A DNA stretch of 63,982 nucleotides, filler included, from Octopus bimaculoides (Eukaryota), in assembly GCF_001194135.2 (NCBI RefSeq). It is 6 parts of 6 records of this genome, joined end to end, with 100 filler letters (N's around TTAATTAATTAA, not from the genome) between each part and the next. Parts side by side here need not be neighbours in the genome. Positions count along the whole stretch, not along the records: positions 1 to 17,604 come from NC_069007.1; positions 17,705 to 27,795 come from NC_068983.1; 4 more parts are not named here. One strand, 5' to 3'. Each line of letters begins with the position of its first letter. Position 1 is the first letter of the stretch. The notes below the pieces were generated by a model. That model was not told the DNA's origin. It saw nothing but the letters and a program-made list of their open reading frames with translations, and ran no database searches. Positions 9,951 through 21,760 of this stretch are shown here, piece after piece. The translations under genes were made by a program, and so were the position numbers.

Positions 9951-12384
9951 AAATAAAATTAAAATAATAATAATAATAATAAATCAATGTACGTATTGTA
10001 ACTTATAATAAATATTAAATAAATATATTAAAAAGATACTTGTTTTAACAATAAATAAATAAATAATCGAAAAACATCTAACAATATTTCTTAAAATAAA
10101 ATGTGTGTGTGTGTATGTATGTATGTATATTTATGTATGTATATTTTGTGTGCATCCATCAATGACTGATGCATCTGGACACATCTTCAGGTCTTTTCAA
10201 TATTATACACCCTCCTCCAGGTGACCCAGCTGGGGCTGATCAGACCCCAGCTTGTGTACAGATAATCAACTAGCTACCCCATCGTTCTCCTCTTCTGATC
10301 CACAGCCATATTGACGCCCTGCCGATGGCCTGCCTCCTTCTCACTCCCTCGATATATATATATATATNNNNNNNNNNNNNNNNNNNNNNNNNNNNNNNNN
10401 NNNNNNNNNNNNNNNNNNNNNNNNNNNNNNNNNNNNNNNNNNNNNNNNNNNNNNNNNNNNNNNNNNNNNNNNNNNNNNNNNNNNNNNNNNNNNNNNNNNN
10501 NNNNNNNNNNNNNNNNNNNNNNNNNNNNNNNNNNNNNNNNNNNNNNNNNNNNNNNNNNNNNNNNNNNNNNNNNNNNNNNNNNNNNNNNNNNNNNNNNNNN
10601 NNNNNNNNNNNNNNNNNNNNNNNNNNNNNNNNNNNNNNNNNNNNNNNNNNNNNNNNNNNNNNNNNNNNNNNNNNNNNNNNNNNNNNNNNNNNNNNNNNNN
10701 NNNNNNNNNNNNNNNNNNNNNNNNNNNNNNNNNNNNNNNNNNNNNNNNNNNNNNNNNNNNNNNNNNNNNNNNNNNNNNNNNNNNNNNNNNNNNNNNNNNN
10801 NNNNNNNNNNNNNNNNNNNNNNNNNNNNNNNNNNNNNNNNNNNNNNNNNNNNNNNNNNNNNNNNNNNNNNNNNNNNNNNNNNNNNNNNNNNNNNNNNNNN
10901 NNNNNNNNNNNNNNNNNNNNNNNNNNNNNNNNNNNNNNNNNNNNNNNNNNNNNNNNNNNNNNNNNNNNNNNNNNNNNNNNNNNNNNNNNNNNNNNNNNNN
11001 NNNNNNNNNNNNNNNNNNNNNNNNNNNNNNNNNNNNNNNNNNNNNNNNNNNNNNNNNNNNNNNNNNNNNNNNNNNNNNNNNNNNNNNNNNNNNNNNNNNN
11101 NNNNNNNNNNNNNNNNNNNNNNNNNNNNNNNNNNNNNNNNNNNNNNNNNNNNNNNNNNNNNNNNNNNNNNNNNNNNNTATATATATATATATATATACAC
11201 ATACATATATATATACATATATATGTATGCACATATATATATATATGCACATATATGTATGTGTGTGTGTGTGTGTGTGTGTGCGTATGTACACAAACTC
11301 TCTCTCTAACACACACACATGTATGTATCAGAGTTAAAAGGAGGTAAATATATTGTTGTAAATAATATTTTTGCTCTTCACATTGAACAGCAAGAGGACT
11401 ATTTGGTGCCAAGACATTCTGAATTAGGTAGTTCTTGGACAAAGTTCAAAGTTAAGTGGTAAATTCTATACAGGTGGATAGCATGACAAAGAATCTCCCA
11501 TTGTTTGTTTCTCTGCCAATATTTGGCAGGTTTCAAAATGTTAGAATAAGTATGTGGAAGTGTGTAGATATATGTGTGTCTGTGGATGTGCATATAGGCT
11601 TATATATGTATATATATGGGTATACATGTATGTGTGTGTGTGTGTATGTTTATATATATATACGTGTGTGTGTGTGTGTGTGTGTACATGTAGACATAAA
11701 TATACATAGATATATATATGTATATTTATATACAGCCATATACATGCACATATACATATGCATATATATTCATACGCATATATATAAATATATATATGTA
11801 TGTATATATACATACACACACACATTCATATACATGCATACATAAATATATACGCATGCATACAAATGTATATGAATACATACACACACATTCATACATA
11901 TGTATGTACATTCATACACATATATACATACTTATACACATATACATATGCATATATATACATATATACACACACACACACATATATATATATATACATG
12001 TACTTATACATACATGTGTATATGTGTGTGTATTGGGGTGTTTATATATTTAAGTTCCAAAGATGGTGTTTGTCATTGAAATAGAATAATTCAATACAAG
12101 ATGTAGAGTATAGAGTTTGTTTCATTTGGATTCTTTTCTCGGGAGGCAGGTTTCATCCTGTAGCCATTGTGATAGTCATGAACTGACAATCCATGGTGTG
12201 AAATTTGAGTGATGAGAAAAGAATTGAATGTAAATAATCTCTGTGTGTGTAGGTGCATGTGTGTACACATGCATGTGTAACTTTGTTTCTCTCATGGTTT
12301 TTACTGGTTTCAATCTGTGGCCATGTTTCAATCTATAGCCCGAGGCTATAGTAGAAGACACTTGCCCAAGATACCACACTCTGG

Positions 12385-12890
12385 GGCCTTCAATCTCTTC
12401 AACAGCTGGTCTGTATCCAAAGAAGGTGATGCTCTGTATCTGGTGGGATTGGAAGGGCATTGTGTATTACGAGCTACTTCTATGAAATCAGACCTTAAAT
12501 TCAGACTGTTATTGTTCGCAATTAGAGCAAATAAAGGAGGCAATTGATGAGAAATGTCCAGAATTGGCCAACCGAAAGGGTTCGTCTTACACCAGGACAA
12601 CGCTAGATTTTGCCAACCAAGAAGAAATTGATGCAGATTGGGTGGTATGTCCTACTCCATCAACCATACTCACCTCACTTTGTACCTTTGGATTATCATT
12701 TATTCCGATCTCTCCAAAATTCTCTTAATGGCAAGAACTTCAATTCTTTAAAAGAGTATAAGACCTACTTAAACTAGTTCATGACCCAGAAAGATGCCAA
12801 GTTCTGGCAAGATGGGATCATGAAGCTGCCTCAAAGAATGCAAAAGTTAGTGGAACAAAATGGGAAACATGCGGTTGAGTAAAGATATGT
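12385..12890 (+). pseudogene. mariner (DD34D) transposase C-terminal remnant
   Basis: Hand translation GLYPKKVMLCIWWDWKGIVYYELL*NQTLNSDCYCSQLEQIKEAIDEKCPELANRKG..HQDNAR..DYHLFRSLQNSLNGKNF..GIMKLPQR.QKLVEQNG, with stops and frameshifts. Confidence 0.9.
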
Positions 12891-12909
12891 ACAACTGTCT
12901 AAAAATTAT

Positions 12910-13287
12910 TACTCTTTTACTCTTTTACTTGTTTCAGTCATTTGATTGTGGCCATGCTGGAGCACCGCCTTTAGTCGAGCAAATCGACCCCAGGACTTAT
13001 TCTTTGGAAGCTTAGTTTACGGGGGACGTAAGCACACCAGTATTGGTTGTCAAGCGATGTTGGGGGGACAAACACAGACACACAAACATACACACACACA
13101 CATATATATATATATACATATATACGACGGGCTTCTTTCAGTTTCAGTCTACCAAATCCACTCACAAGGCTTTGGTCGGCCCAAGGCCATAGTAGAAGAC
13201 ACTTGCCCAAGGTGCCACGCAGTGGGACTGAACCCGGAACCATGTGGTTGGTTAGCAAGCTACTAACCACACAGCCACTCCTGCGCC
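12910..13287 (-). mobile_element. SINE family B, near full length (internal microsatellite; TTGGGCAAGT CORE-like box; AAAAGAGT tail)
   Basis: Head GGCGCAGGAGTGGCTGTGTGG, central (TA)(TG)n and 3' GCTCCAGCATGGCC..GAAACAAGTAAAAGAGT; ~50-bp internal deletion relative to other copies. Confidence 0.9.
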
Positions 13288-13338
13288 TATTAATGAATTT
13301 TACTTAAAAACTGGTAAAACCAATATTTAAATCCTATA

Positions 13339-13540
13339 GGGTGGTGATCTGGCAGAATCATTAGCAGGATGGGCAAAATGCTTAGGGGCATTTTATCCGT
13401 ATTTACATTCTGAGTTCAAATTCTGCTGAGGTTAACTTTGTTTTCCATTGTTATGGGATCAATAAAATAAGTACCAGTTGAGCAGAGGGGGTCCAACCCA
13501 TACCAGCATGGAAAACAGACATAACATGATGATGATAATA
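13339..13540 (+). mobile_element. SINE family C body joined to RTE-type 3' tail
   Basis: SINE C core to ~13490, then GTCCAACCCATACCAGCATGGAAAACAGAC-(ATG)n, which matches the RTE tail at 57445-57500. Confidence 0.7.
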
Positions 13541-14194
13541 GCCTAAACAAGATATTTAAGAGTTAAAAAAAAAAGCCATTCCTTCCACCACCATCTTCCA
13601 AAAACAAATTAGAAAATAAAACTTACATTGTATTAAATTTATCGTGTGTTACAACATAGTTTGATGTTTATGGATAATGTTATCTCCAAGACATAATTCA
13701 CAATTTCTAGCACCATTCAATGAATTCTTACCTCACCAAACCACTTTACAGCTGTTTGTAATGTTGTTTATATTGTATTAATAATGTAATGGTTTTAATA
13801 AAAAACATGTGTATTAAATGTTTTATTTATTTATGTGTTTTATTATTATTATCATTATTATTATTATTTTTATGATTATGATTATGATTATTATCATTAT
13901 TATTATTGTGAAATTTCTACCTGTGAAACGGTATGTGGTGGTGGTCGTTGTCGACATCATGATGGTGGTCGTGGGAGGGGTAAAGTTGTATCGTAGCAGT
14001 ATTAATCATAAATGAGAGAGAGATATATTAAGAGAATGGGGAAGAGAGAGCAAGAGTTGGAAAGATGAAAAGAGAGAGAGAGAGAGAGAAGGTAAAGACA
14101 AAGAGGTAGACAGAGACAGACCGAGAGAGCAATGGAGGAATTAAGTAGACGGACATAGAGTGACAGGGAGAAGTATGGATGCTTGTTTGTTTGT

Positions 14195-15135
14195 GTGTGA
14201 CGGTTTGACCAGGGCTAGTAAGCTGAGGGGCTGCACCAGACACCAATCTGATTTGACATGGTTTCTACGACTGGATACCCTTCCTAACGCCAAACTCTCC
14301 AAGAATGTAATGAGTGCTTTTGCGTGCCAATGGCACAGGTGCCATTTGCATGACACCAAAGATAGCGTATTGCCAAAGGTCTTGGTCATTTCTCATTACC
14401 TCCATGAAGCACAATGCACAAAGGTACTTTTTATTGGCACCGGTGCCAGTTACGTGACACCGACAACAGCCACAACTATGATTTCACTTGGCTTGACAGG
14501 TCTTCTCAAGCATGGCATATCACCAAAGGTCTCGGTCACTAGTCATAGCTGCCGTGAGGCTCAACATTCAAAGATCATGCTTCACCACCTCGTCCCATGT
14601 CCCCCTGGGTTTCCCTCTTCTGTAGCTTCCCTCCACAGATAGAGATTGGTGCTTCTTCACACAGCTGTCACGTCCATATGCATCACATGATCATACCAAC
14701 CTAATCATCTCTCTTGCACACCACATCTGATGCCTCTTATGCCTAACTTTTCTCTCAAGACACTTACACACTGTTGCGCATGCACNNNNNNNNNNCAACT
14801 TTTCTCTCAAGACACTTACACACTGTTGCGCATGCACACTGACATTGCACATCCAGCAGAGCATACTAGCTTCATTTCTTTCAAGCCAATGCATGTTCTC
14901 AGCTTTCACAGCCCATGTTTCACTGCCGTGTAGCATGGCTGTTCACACACAGGCATCATACAATCTGTCTTTCACTTTGAGAGAGGGGCCCTTTGTTACC
15001 AACAGAGGTAGGACCACCCTGAACTTTGCCCAGCCCATTCTTGTTCTTGCAGACACTCTCAGAGCATCCACCTCCACTACTGACTTGGTCACCTAGATAA
15101 CAGAAGCTATTAACTACTTCTAGCTTTCCCCACTG
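14195..15135 (-). mobile_element. RTE-clade LINE 3' portion (post-RT C-terminus plus 3' UTR)
   Basis: Minus translation LEVVNSFCYLGDQVSSGGGCSES..RTRMGWAKFRVVLPLL..RLYDACV*TAMLHGSETW..ERNEASMLCWMC..QERRLGWY; 3' UTR with GGCGTTAGGAAGGG..CCAG motif. 10-N gap with overlap duplication. Confidence 0.85.
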
Positions 15136-15689
15136 GCAAAGGGACAGTTACAGCTTGGCACCAGTGATGTGGAGCAATGTGAATAAAGTGTCTTGCTCAA
15201 GATCAAACAACACACAGTCCAATCAGGAAACTCACTACATAGATTAGTGATTCAGTTCGCTTCCAGTTCAATTCAGGTATATGATGTTGATAAATCACAA
15301 AAATGGTGAAATATTGGTATTCATTACTCCTGAATGGGATTAGGGGCGAGGTGTCTCACCTGTCAATGGTTTTCAGGTATTTTAACTCCCAGTACTTTGT
15401 GGGAGTCGTCCTTACCATGCTATAACGCAGTGCACTGGCAAACAAACAAAACACATCCATTGAGTGTGTGCGGTCAATGTTTCCAACATACACATACATA
15501 TACACACTCATACATACACACTCACACTCGTAGACACACAGACATACACATACACATTTGTAGACACACAGACATACACACTTATACACATAGTAATACA
15601 CACACACACTCGTAGACAGACATACACACTGATACACATACACACACACTTGTACTCACACACATAAACACACACACAAACACACACCT

Positions 15690-15900
15690 GTGTCGCCCTG
15701 CTGCCACAACCACTTGACAACCAGTGTTGGTTTGTTTACATCCCCATAAAAAGTGATTCAACAAAAGAGACCATTAAGATGAACACCAGACTTAAAGAAA
15801 CAAAAATATAAGTTACCCAACTTCAACCAAAACTCTTCAAGACTTCAAGAAGGTGGCCCAGCATGGCTGCTGTCTAATGACTTCAATCAAGTAAAAGGGA
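15690..15900 (+). mobile_element. Old SINE family B 3' half
   Basis: CTTGACAACCAGTGTTGG..AAAGAGACC..CCCAGCATGGC..CAAGTAAAAG motifs. Confidence 0.65.
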
Positions 15901-17426
15901 GACGTTCAAAATACCTTTGAAGCAGAGTAACTTTGATCAGGTATAGGAAACTCTACTACAGACATAGCTTGCTGGAGCTTCTTTTACTTCTCACTATGAA
16001 ACACTCCTTTTTATGCTTTGATGAAATTATGTTTCAAATGAATGGTTTTGTCAAGACTGCTTTTGAGGTTCGACTTTGGATACTTCCGGTTTTGTGGGGT
16101 TTACTGNNNNNNNNNNNNNNNNNNNNNNNNNNNNNNNNNNNNNNNNNNNNNNNNNNNNNNNNNNNNNNNNNNNNNNNNNNNNNNNNNNNNNNNNNNNNNN
16201 NNNNNNNNNNNNNNNNNNNNNNNNNNNNNNNNNNNNNNNNNNNNNNNNNNNNNNNNNNNNNNNNNNNNNNNNNNNNNNNNNNNNNNNNNNNNNNNNNNNN
16301 NNNNNNNNNNNNNNNNNNNNNNNNNNNNNNNNNNNNNNNNNNNNNNNNNNNNNNNNNNNNNNNNNNNNNNNNNNNNNNNNNNNNNNNNNNNNNNNNNNNN
16401 NNNNNNNNNNNNNNNNNNNNNNNNNNNNNNNNNNNNNNNNNNNNNNNNNNNNNNNNNNNNNNNNNNNNNNNNNNNNNNNNNNNNNNNNNNNNNNNNNNNN
16501 NNNNNNNNNNNNNNNNNNNNNNNNNNNNNNNNNNNNNNNNNNNNNNNNNNNNNNNNNNNNNNNNNNNNNNNNNNNNNNNNNNNNNNNNNNNNNNNNNNNN
16601 NNNNNNNNNNNNNNNNNNNNNNNNNNNNNNNNNNNNNNNATATATGCAAATATATATATATATATATGTATATATGGTGTCTTTTATCATTCATATTAAA
16701 TACCAATCGTTTATCTCCATTAAAGAATGAGAAAGAGTTGATTGTCAGTTGATTGCTTGGAGCGAAACAAACGATTGAGAGGGAGCCAGCTCATAAAAAT
16801 TGATGGCAGCCCACAAACGACAATAGAATACATATTCTTTTGTGAAAGTGATTCTGTTTGTTAACTGATAGCTGTTAATATATAATACACCTTTATTTTC
16901 ATTTATGTCATACTTTGTAAACAATGCTGTAGATACTAATGTTGGTTTGCTTTTAATAGTAATTAGTTGAAGCTAGTGACCAACGACCTCAATCAATCGT
17001 GCAGTATTCATTTAAGAACTTTTATTGTGTAGACATTGATTTAGAATAAATAAATTGTCTGTTTTCAATAGTTCTTTTGAAATTAAGGTTATAATTCTTA
17101 TAAGTGCAATGGTACATTTCTGTGTCACTGGTTTAATTCCATTCTCAACTAGGATGCTATATAGGAATATTTAATTTTTCCCCTGGATTTCATTGGTATT
17201 ATATTTTATCAACCCCAGAAAGAGGAAAGACTAAAATTAGTCTTAGTCTCTTATATAACGCCATTCACATCAAGAATACCATATAGGACATATTGCGTGT
17301 GTGTATTGTGTGTGTATCTACACAGACAGAGATAGACATATACTGATATGCTTGCATATCTATCTTTCTATTTATCTATCTAGAATACCATATACATAGA
17401 ATACTAAACAGAACATATTATATATA

Positions 17427-17570
17427 TGGCTGTGTGTTAAGAAGCTTGTTTCCCAACCGCATGGTTCTGGGTTCAGTCCCACTGCACGGTACCTTGGGTA
17501 AGTGTCTTCTACTACAGCATCGAGCCGACCAAAGACTTGTGAGTGGATTCGGTAGACTGAAAGAAGCCTG

Positions 17571-17604
<34 letters not shown>
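17427..17604 (+). mobile_element. SINE family B 5' half running into (TA)n and a gap
   Basis: Homology to 9087 and 12910 copies. Confidence 0.85.
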
Positions 17605-17704
17605 NNNNNNNNNNNNNNNNNNNNNNNNNNNNNNNNNNNNNNNNNNNNTTAATTAATTAANNNNNNNNNNNNNNNNNNNNNNNNNNNNNNNNNNNNNNNN
17701 NNNN
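17605..17704. other. 100-bp scaffold join (44N-TTAATTAATTAA-44N); identical joins at 27796-27895, 55422-55521, 60904-61003 and 62477-62576
   Basis: Same 12-mer centred in exactly 100 bp five times. This is an assembly spacer, not biology. Confidence 0.95.
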
Positions 17705-18220
17705 TTTGTGTGTGCGAGAACATATACATACATGCATACATAGATACATACATACATACGTACATACATACATACATACAGACATACATACGTACGTACA
17801 TACATACATGCATACATACATACATACATACATACATACATACATACATACATACGTACCTACATACATACATACATACATACATATGTGCACATCTACA
17901 CACGCAAACGCATGTACATGCACACCACAAAAACACAAACGCACATGCAATCATTGTATATCATGATTCCAATATTGATTCGTACACAAAATTTAAACGC
18001 GAAATGTTTTATATTGAATATGATAATACACATTGTTAAGACAGTGATACGACTAGAAAAAGATTAAGAGCATACATGTGTCATATGCTATGACGTATAT
18101 GACACACATATGTCTGCGCCGAGCTATTCACACTCCACAATACCCTCCTTCACATATCTAACCGACCCTTCCTCCCTCGCTCACACACTCATACTTACAT
18201 ATATACACGAATGTGTGTGT

Positions 18221-18371
18221 GTGGCTCTGTGGTAAGAAGCTTGCTTCTCAACTACATGGTTCTCGGTTCAGTTCCACTGCGTGACACCTAGGGTAAGTGT
18301 TTTCTGCTACTGCCTCGCGCCCACCAAAACCTTGCGAGTGGATTTGGCAGACGGAAACTGAAAACAACCTG
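18221..18371 (+). mobile_element. SINE family B 5' half
   Basis: Homology to other copies. Confidence 0.8.
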
Positions 18372-18614
18372 CTTTTGTGAGTGTGTGTGTGTGTAAAAAT
18401 AAGAAATATGTGGAAATTTTAACGGTGAGTGTGTTAAATTTTAAGACACGATAAAAAAAAATGACTCTCCCCAGACACAACAGAATATGCTTTCTACACA
18501 CGAAATCACATAAAAAATCTTGCAAACCAAATCCAAAATCGAAATATATATATATGTATGTATGAGTTTAAGTTTTTAACTTTACAACTGGTCGCTTTAC
18601 AATTTAACATTTTT

Positions 18615-19098
18615 AAATTACAGATTGTTTTAGGATGTCCCCTGAGTGGCGATCACCACAGACTGTCGGTCGGCTCACAACATGTCCTGCCTGGGGATGA
18701 CTGCTCACTAGCTGGACCCTAAAATCTGCACGAGACAACACGTCGTCCTTGCCTGCTCTCGGCTCAGAGGACATCACACCTTTGATGTTCTCGCGCAGGC
18801 CATGGTGGACACCCATTACAAGTTCTGCAAGACAAGATAACCAAGACAAGATAACCAAAACCACGACGGACAACGGCAAAAACTTTGTTAAGGCATATAT
18901 GCAGTTTGGTACAGAAATTGATCTCTCGCCAGACATTTCTGAGGCTGCTGTCGATCCAGACGTGAAGGACGTCAAGGAAGTGGACTGGACGTGGATTCCG
19001 AGGCGGGGTACATCTCTGTTGGTGCCATTCTTGAAGAGTCTAGCGGTCCGAGCCGAAACTTGCCACTGCACATGAAATGCGCTGCCCATACCTTCAAC
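18615..19098 (+). pseudogene. hAT transposase catalytic-region remnant
   Basis: DVP*VAITTDCRSAHNMSCLGMTAH*LDP..LACSRLRGHHTFDVLAQAM..KITKTTTDNGKNFVKAY..LPLHMKCAAHTFN. Contains the first-D motif, TTDNG and CxxH of hAT; conserved Trp codons are mutated to stops. Confidence 0.88.
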
Positions 19099-20288
19099 TT
19101 TCTTTTTGAATAACCCTGTATATGTGTATATATATATATATATATNNNNNNNNNNNNNNNNNNNNNNNNNNNNNNNNNNNNNNNNNNNNNNNNNNNNNNN
19201 NNNNNNNNNNNNNNNNNNNNNNNNNNNNNNNNNNNNNNNNNNNNNNNNNNNNNNNNNNNNNNNNNNNNNNNNNNNNNNNNNNNNNNNNNNNNNNNNNNNN
19301 NNNNNNNNNNNNNNNNNNNNNNNNNNNNNNNNNNNNNNNNNNNNNNNNNNNNNNNNNNNNNNNNNNNNNNNNNNNNNNNNNNNNNNNNNNNNNNNNNNNN
19401 NNNNNNNNNNNNNNNNNNNNNNNNNNNNNNNNNNNNNNNNNNNNNNNNNNNNNNNNNNNNNNNNNNNNNNNNNNNNNNNNNNNNNNNNNNNNNNNNNNNN
19501 NNNNNNNNNNNNNNNNNNNNNNNNNNNNNNNNNNNNNNNNNNNNNNNNNNNNNNNNNNNNNNNNNNNNNNNNNNNNNNNNNNNNNNNNNNNNNNNNNNNN
19601 NNNNNNNNNNNNNNACCTTCTGGATAAAAACCTTACAATCTGGCTCAAATATAGCTTATTTAATGATAAATGCTATTTCATTTACTATAACTGTTACGTA
19701 TCTATCTATCTATCTATCTATCTCTATGTATATGTATATACCTGTGTGTGTTTCATTATATATATTATATATTATATATATATGTATACATATATGTATA
19801 TGTATACATTCATACACACACACACACACATAATTATAATATATATATATATATTGGCACTTTGTACTGTACCCACACCGCAAAAAATATTTATGCCTTC
19901 ATGTTTATGTTTATATTTAGAGAATGACATAAATTACGTATTTTCTATACTAGACACTTTAAAGGGAGTCTCTTAGACTTAAGGATATAAAATTGCACAT
20001 TATGACATATTTTTAGAATCTACGCCTTGTAACCAATTGCCTTGTTCATCGAGCATAAAGTCGGATGTCTAAAATTCCGTTGTGAAAAAATATGTTGTTA
20101 GAGAGATGGATGGGGTAATTCGTTCAAATTTTATTTGATAAGAAATGCGTGAATTCTCCTTTCAGTTTTATCTCATGAACTAATAACTTACGTCGCAGCC
20201 TGAAAAGTCTTGCATGAATATATATGTATTATACATACATACATACATGCATACATACATATATACCTACCTACATACATACATACCT

Positions 20289-20342
<54 letters not shown>

Positions 20343-21379
20343 NNNNNNNNNNNNNNNNNNNNNNNNNNNNNNNNNNNNNNNNNNNNNNNNNNNNNNNNNN
20401 NNNNNNNNNNNNNNNNNNNNNNNNNNNNNNNNNNNNNNNNNNNNNNNNNNNNNNNNNNNNNNNNNNNNNNNNNNNNNNNNNNNNNNNNNNNNNNNNNNNN
20501 NNNNNNNNNNNNNNNNNNNNNNNNNNNNNNNNNNNNNNNNNNNNNNNNNNNNNNNNNNNNNNNNNNNNNNNNNNNNNNNNNNNNNNNNNNNNNNNNNNNN
20601 NNNNNNNNNNNNNNNNNNNNNNNNNNNNNNNNNNNNNNNNNNNNNNNNNNNNNNNNNNNNNNNNNNNNNNNNNNNNNNNNNNNNNNNNNNNNNNNNNNNN
20701 NNNNNNNNNNNNNNNNNNNNNNNNNNNNNNNNNNNNNNNNNNNNNNNNNNNNNNNNNNNNNNNNNNNNNNNNNNNNNNNNNNNNNNNNNNNNNNNNNNNN
20801 NNNNNNNNNNNNNNNNNNNNNNNNNNNNNNNNNNNNNNNNNNNNNNNNNNNNNNNNNNNNNNNNNNNNNNNNNNNNNNNNNNNNNNNNNNNNNNNNNNNN
20901 NNNNNNNNNNNNNNNNNNNNNNNNNNNNNNNNNNNNNNNNNNNNNNNNNNNNNNNNNNNNNNNNNNNNNNNNNNATATATACACATGTGTGTATATATAA
21001 ATATACGCGCATATAATTGTGTGCCCGTGTGCAATCCTAAATGCCTTACTGTACGCACGTTTTAATCCTAAAACTTGCCATCTACGTTTTGATCTTCTTT
21101 CATAATATATTCGTACTTCACTCGAAAAAAAGTAATGCTTGTGTAGTGAATGCCTTTCCCATGAATTATTACTAATTTTAACACATTCAACCGTTTCTCC
21201 GGTATCTTTAGTGGATTTCCGATTCCCAGCCTCCTCACATGATTTTTCTCTTCAAGCATTAATCTTCAAATATTCAGTTTGAGAGGGATATAACATTGGC
21301 TATATCCCTCTCAACAGGAGGGGAAGAGGTGCACTATATGCACTGTGCCCCTCGTTCTTTCAACTAACTTATAAGGGCA

Positions 21380-21760
21380 ATATGTTTTCCTAGGTAGTTT
21401 AATGATTCTTTGTTGAGTATTTGTTATCAGTTATGATGATACCACTTCCAGTATCATAATTCTACTTTTATCATATCCGCTCCTACCATGTCCGCTGTAA
21501 TTGAGTTTTCTTCCCACATTGTTGTGTTTACTTTGGTGTTTCTTTAATCCTAATGAATATCATCCAACATGTAGACTATGGTCTCTTTAATAAAGTATGC
21601 CCACTGTTATGGATGTGTGCATAGTTCGAATACAGCTCGACTATATATTTTCTGTGTGAGTTGCAACAATCTATTTTGAGGCAGACGCCACTCTATTTTG
21701 TTAAGGTTATTCTCTGAGAAAACAAAGATCACTCCTCATGGATATAAAGTATCACAACAA
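21380..21760 (+). pseudogene. Very old LINE APE-endonuclease remnant (RTE-like)
   Basis: Short motifs FIISAPT, LFNK..W, RIQLDYIF and KDH in the expected order; heavily decayed. Confidence 0.4.

Noticed and set aside
20192-20199. 8-nt minus-strand micro-exon candidate (TTTTCAG|GCTGCGAC|GTAAGT)
   Set aside because: Frame-shifting, no homology, in a probably misplaced contig; such matches are expected by chance in 64 kb.
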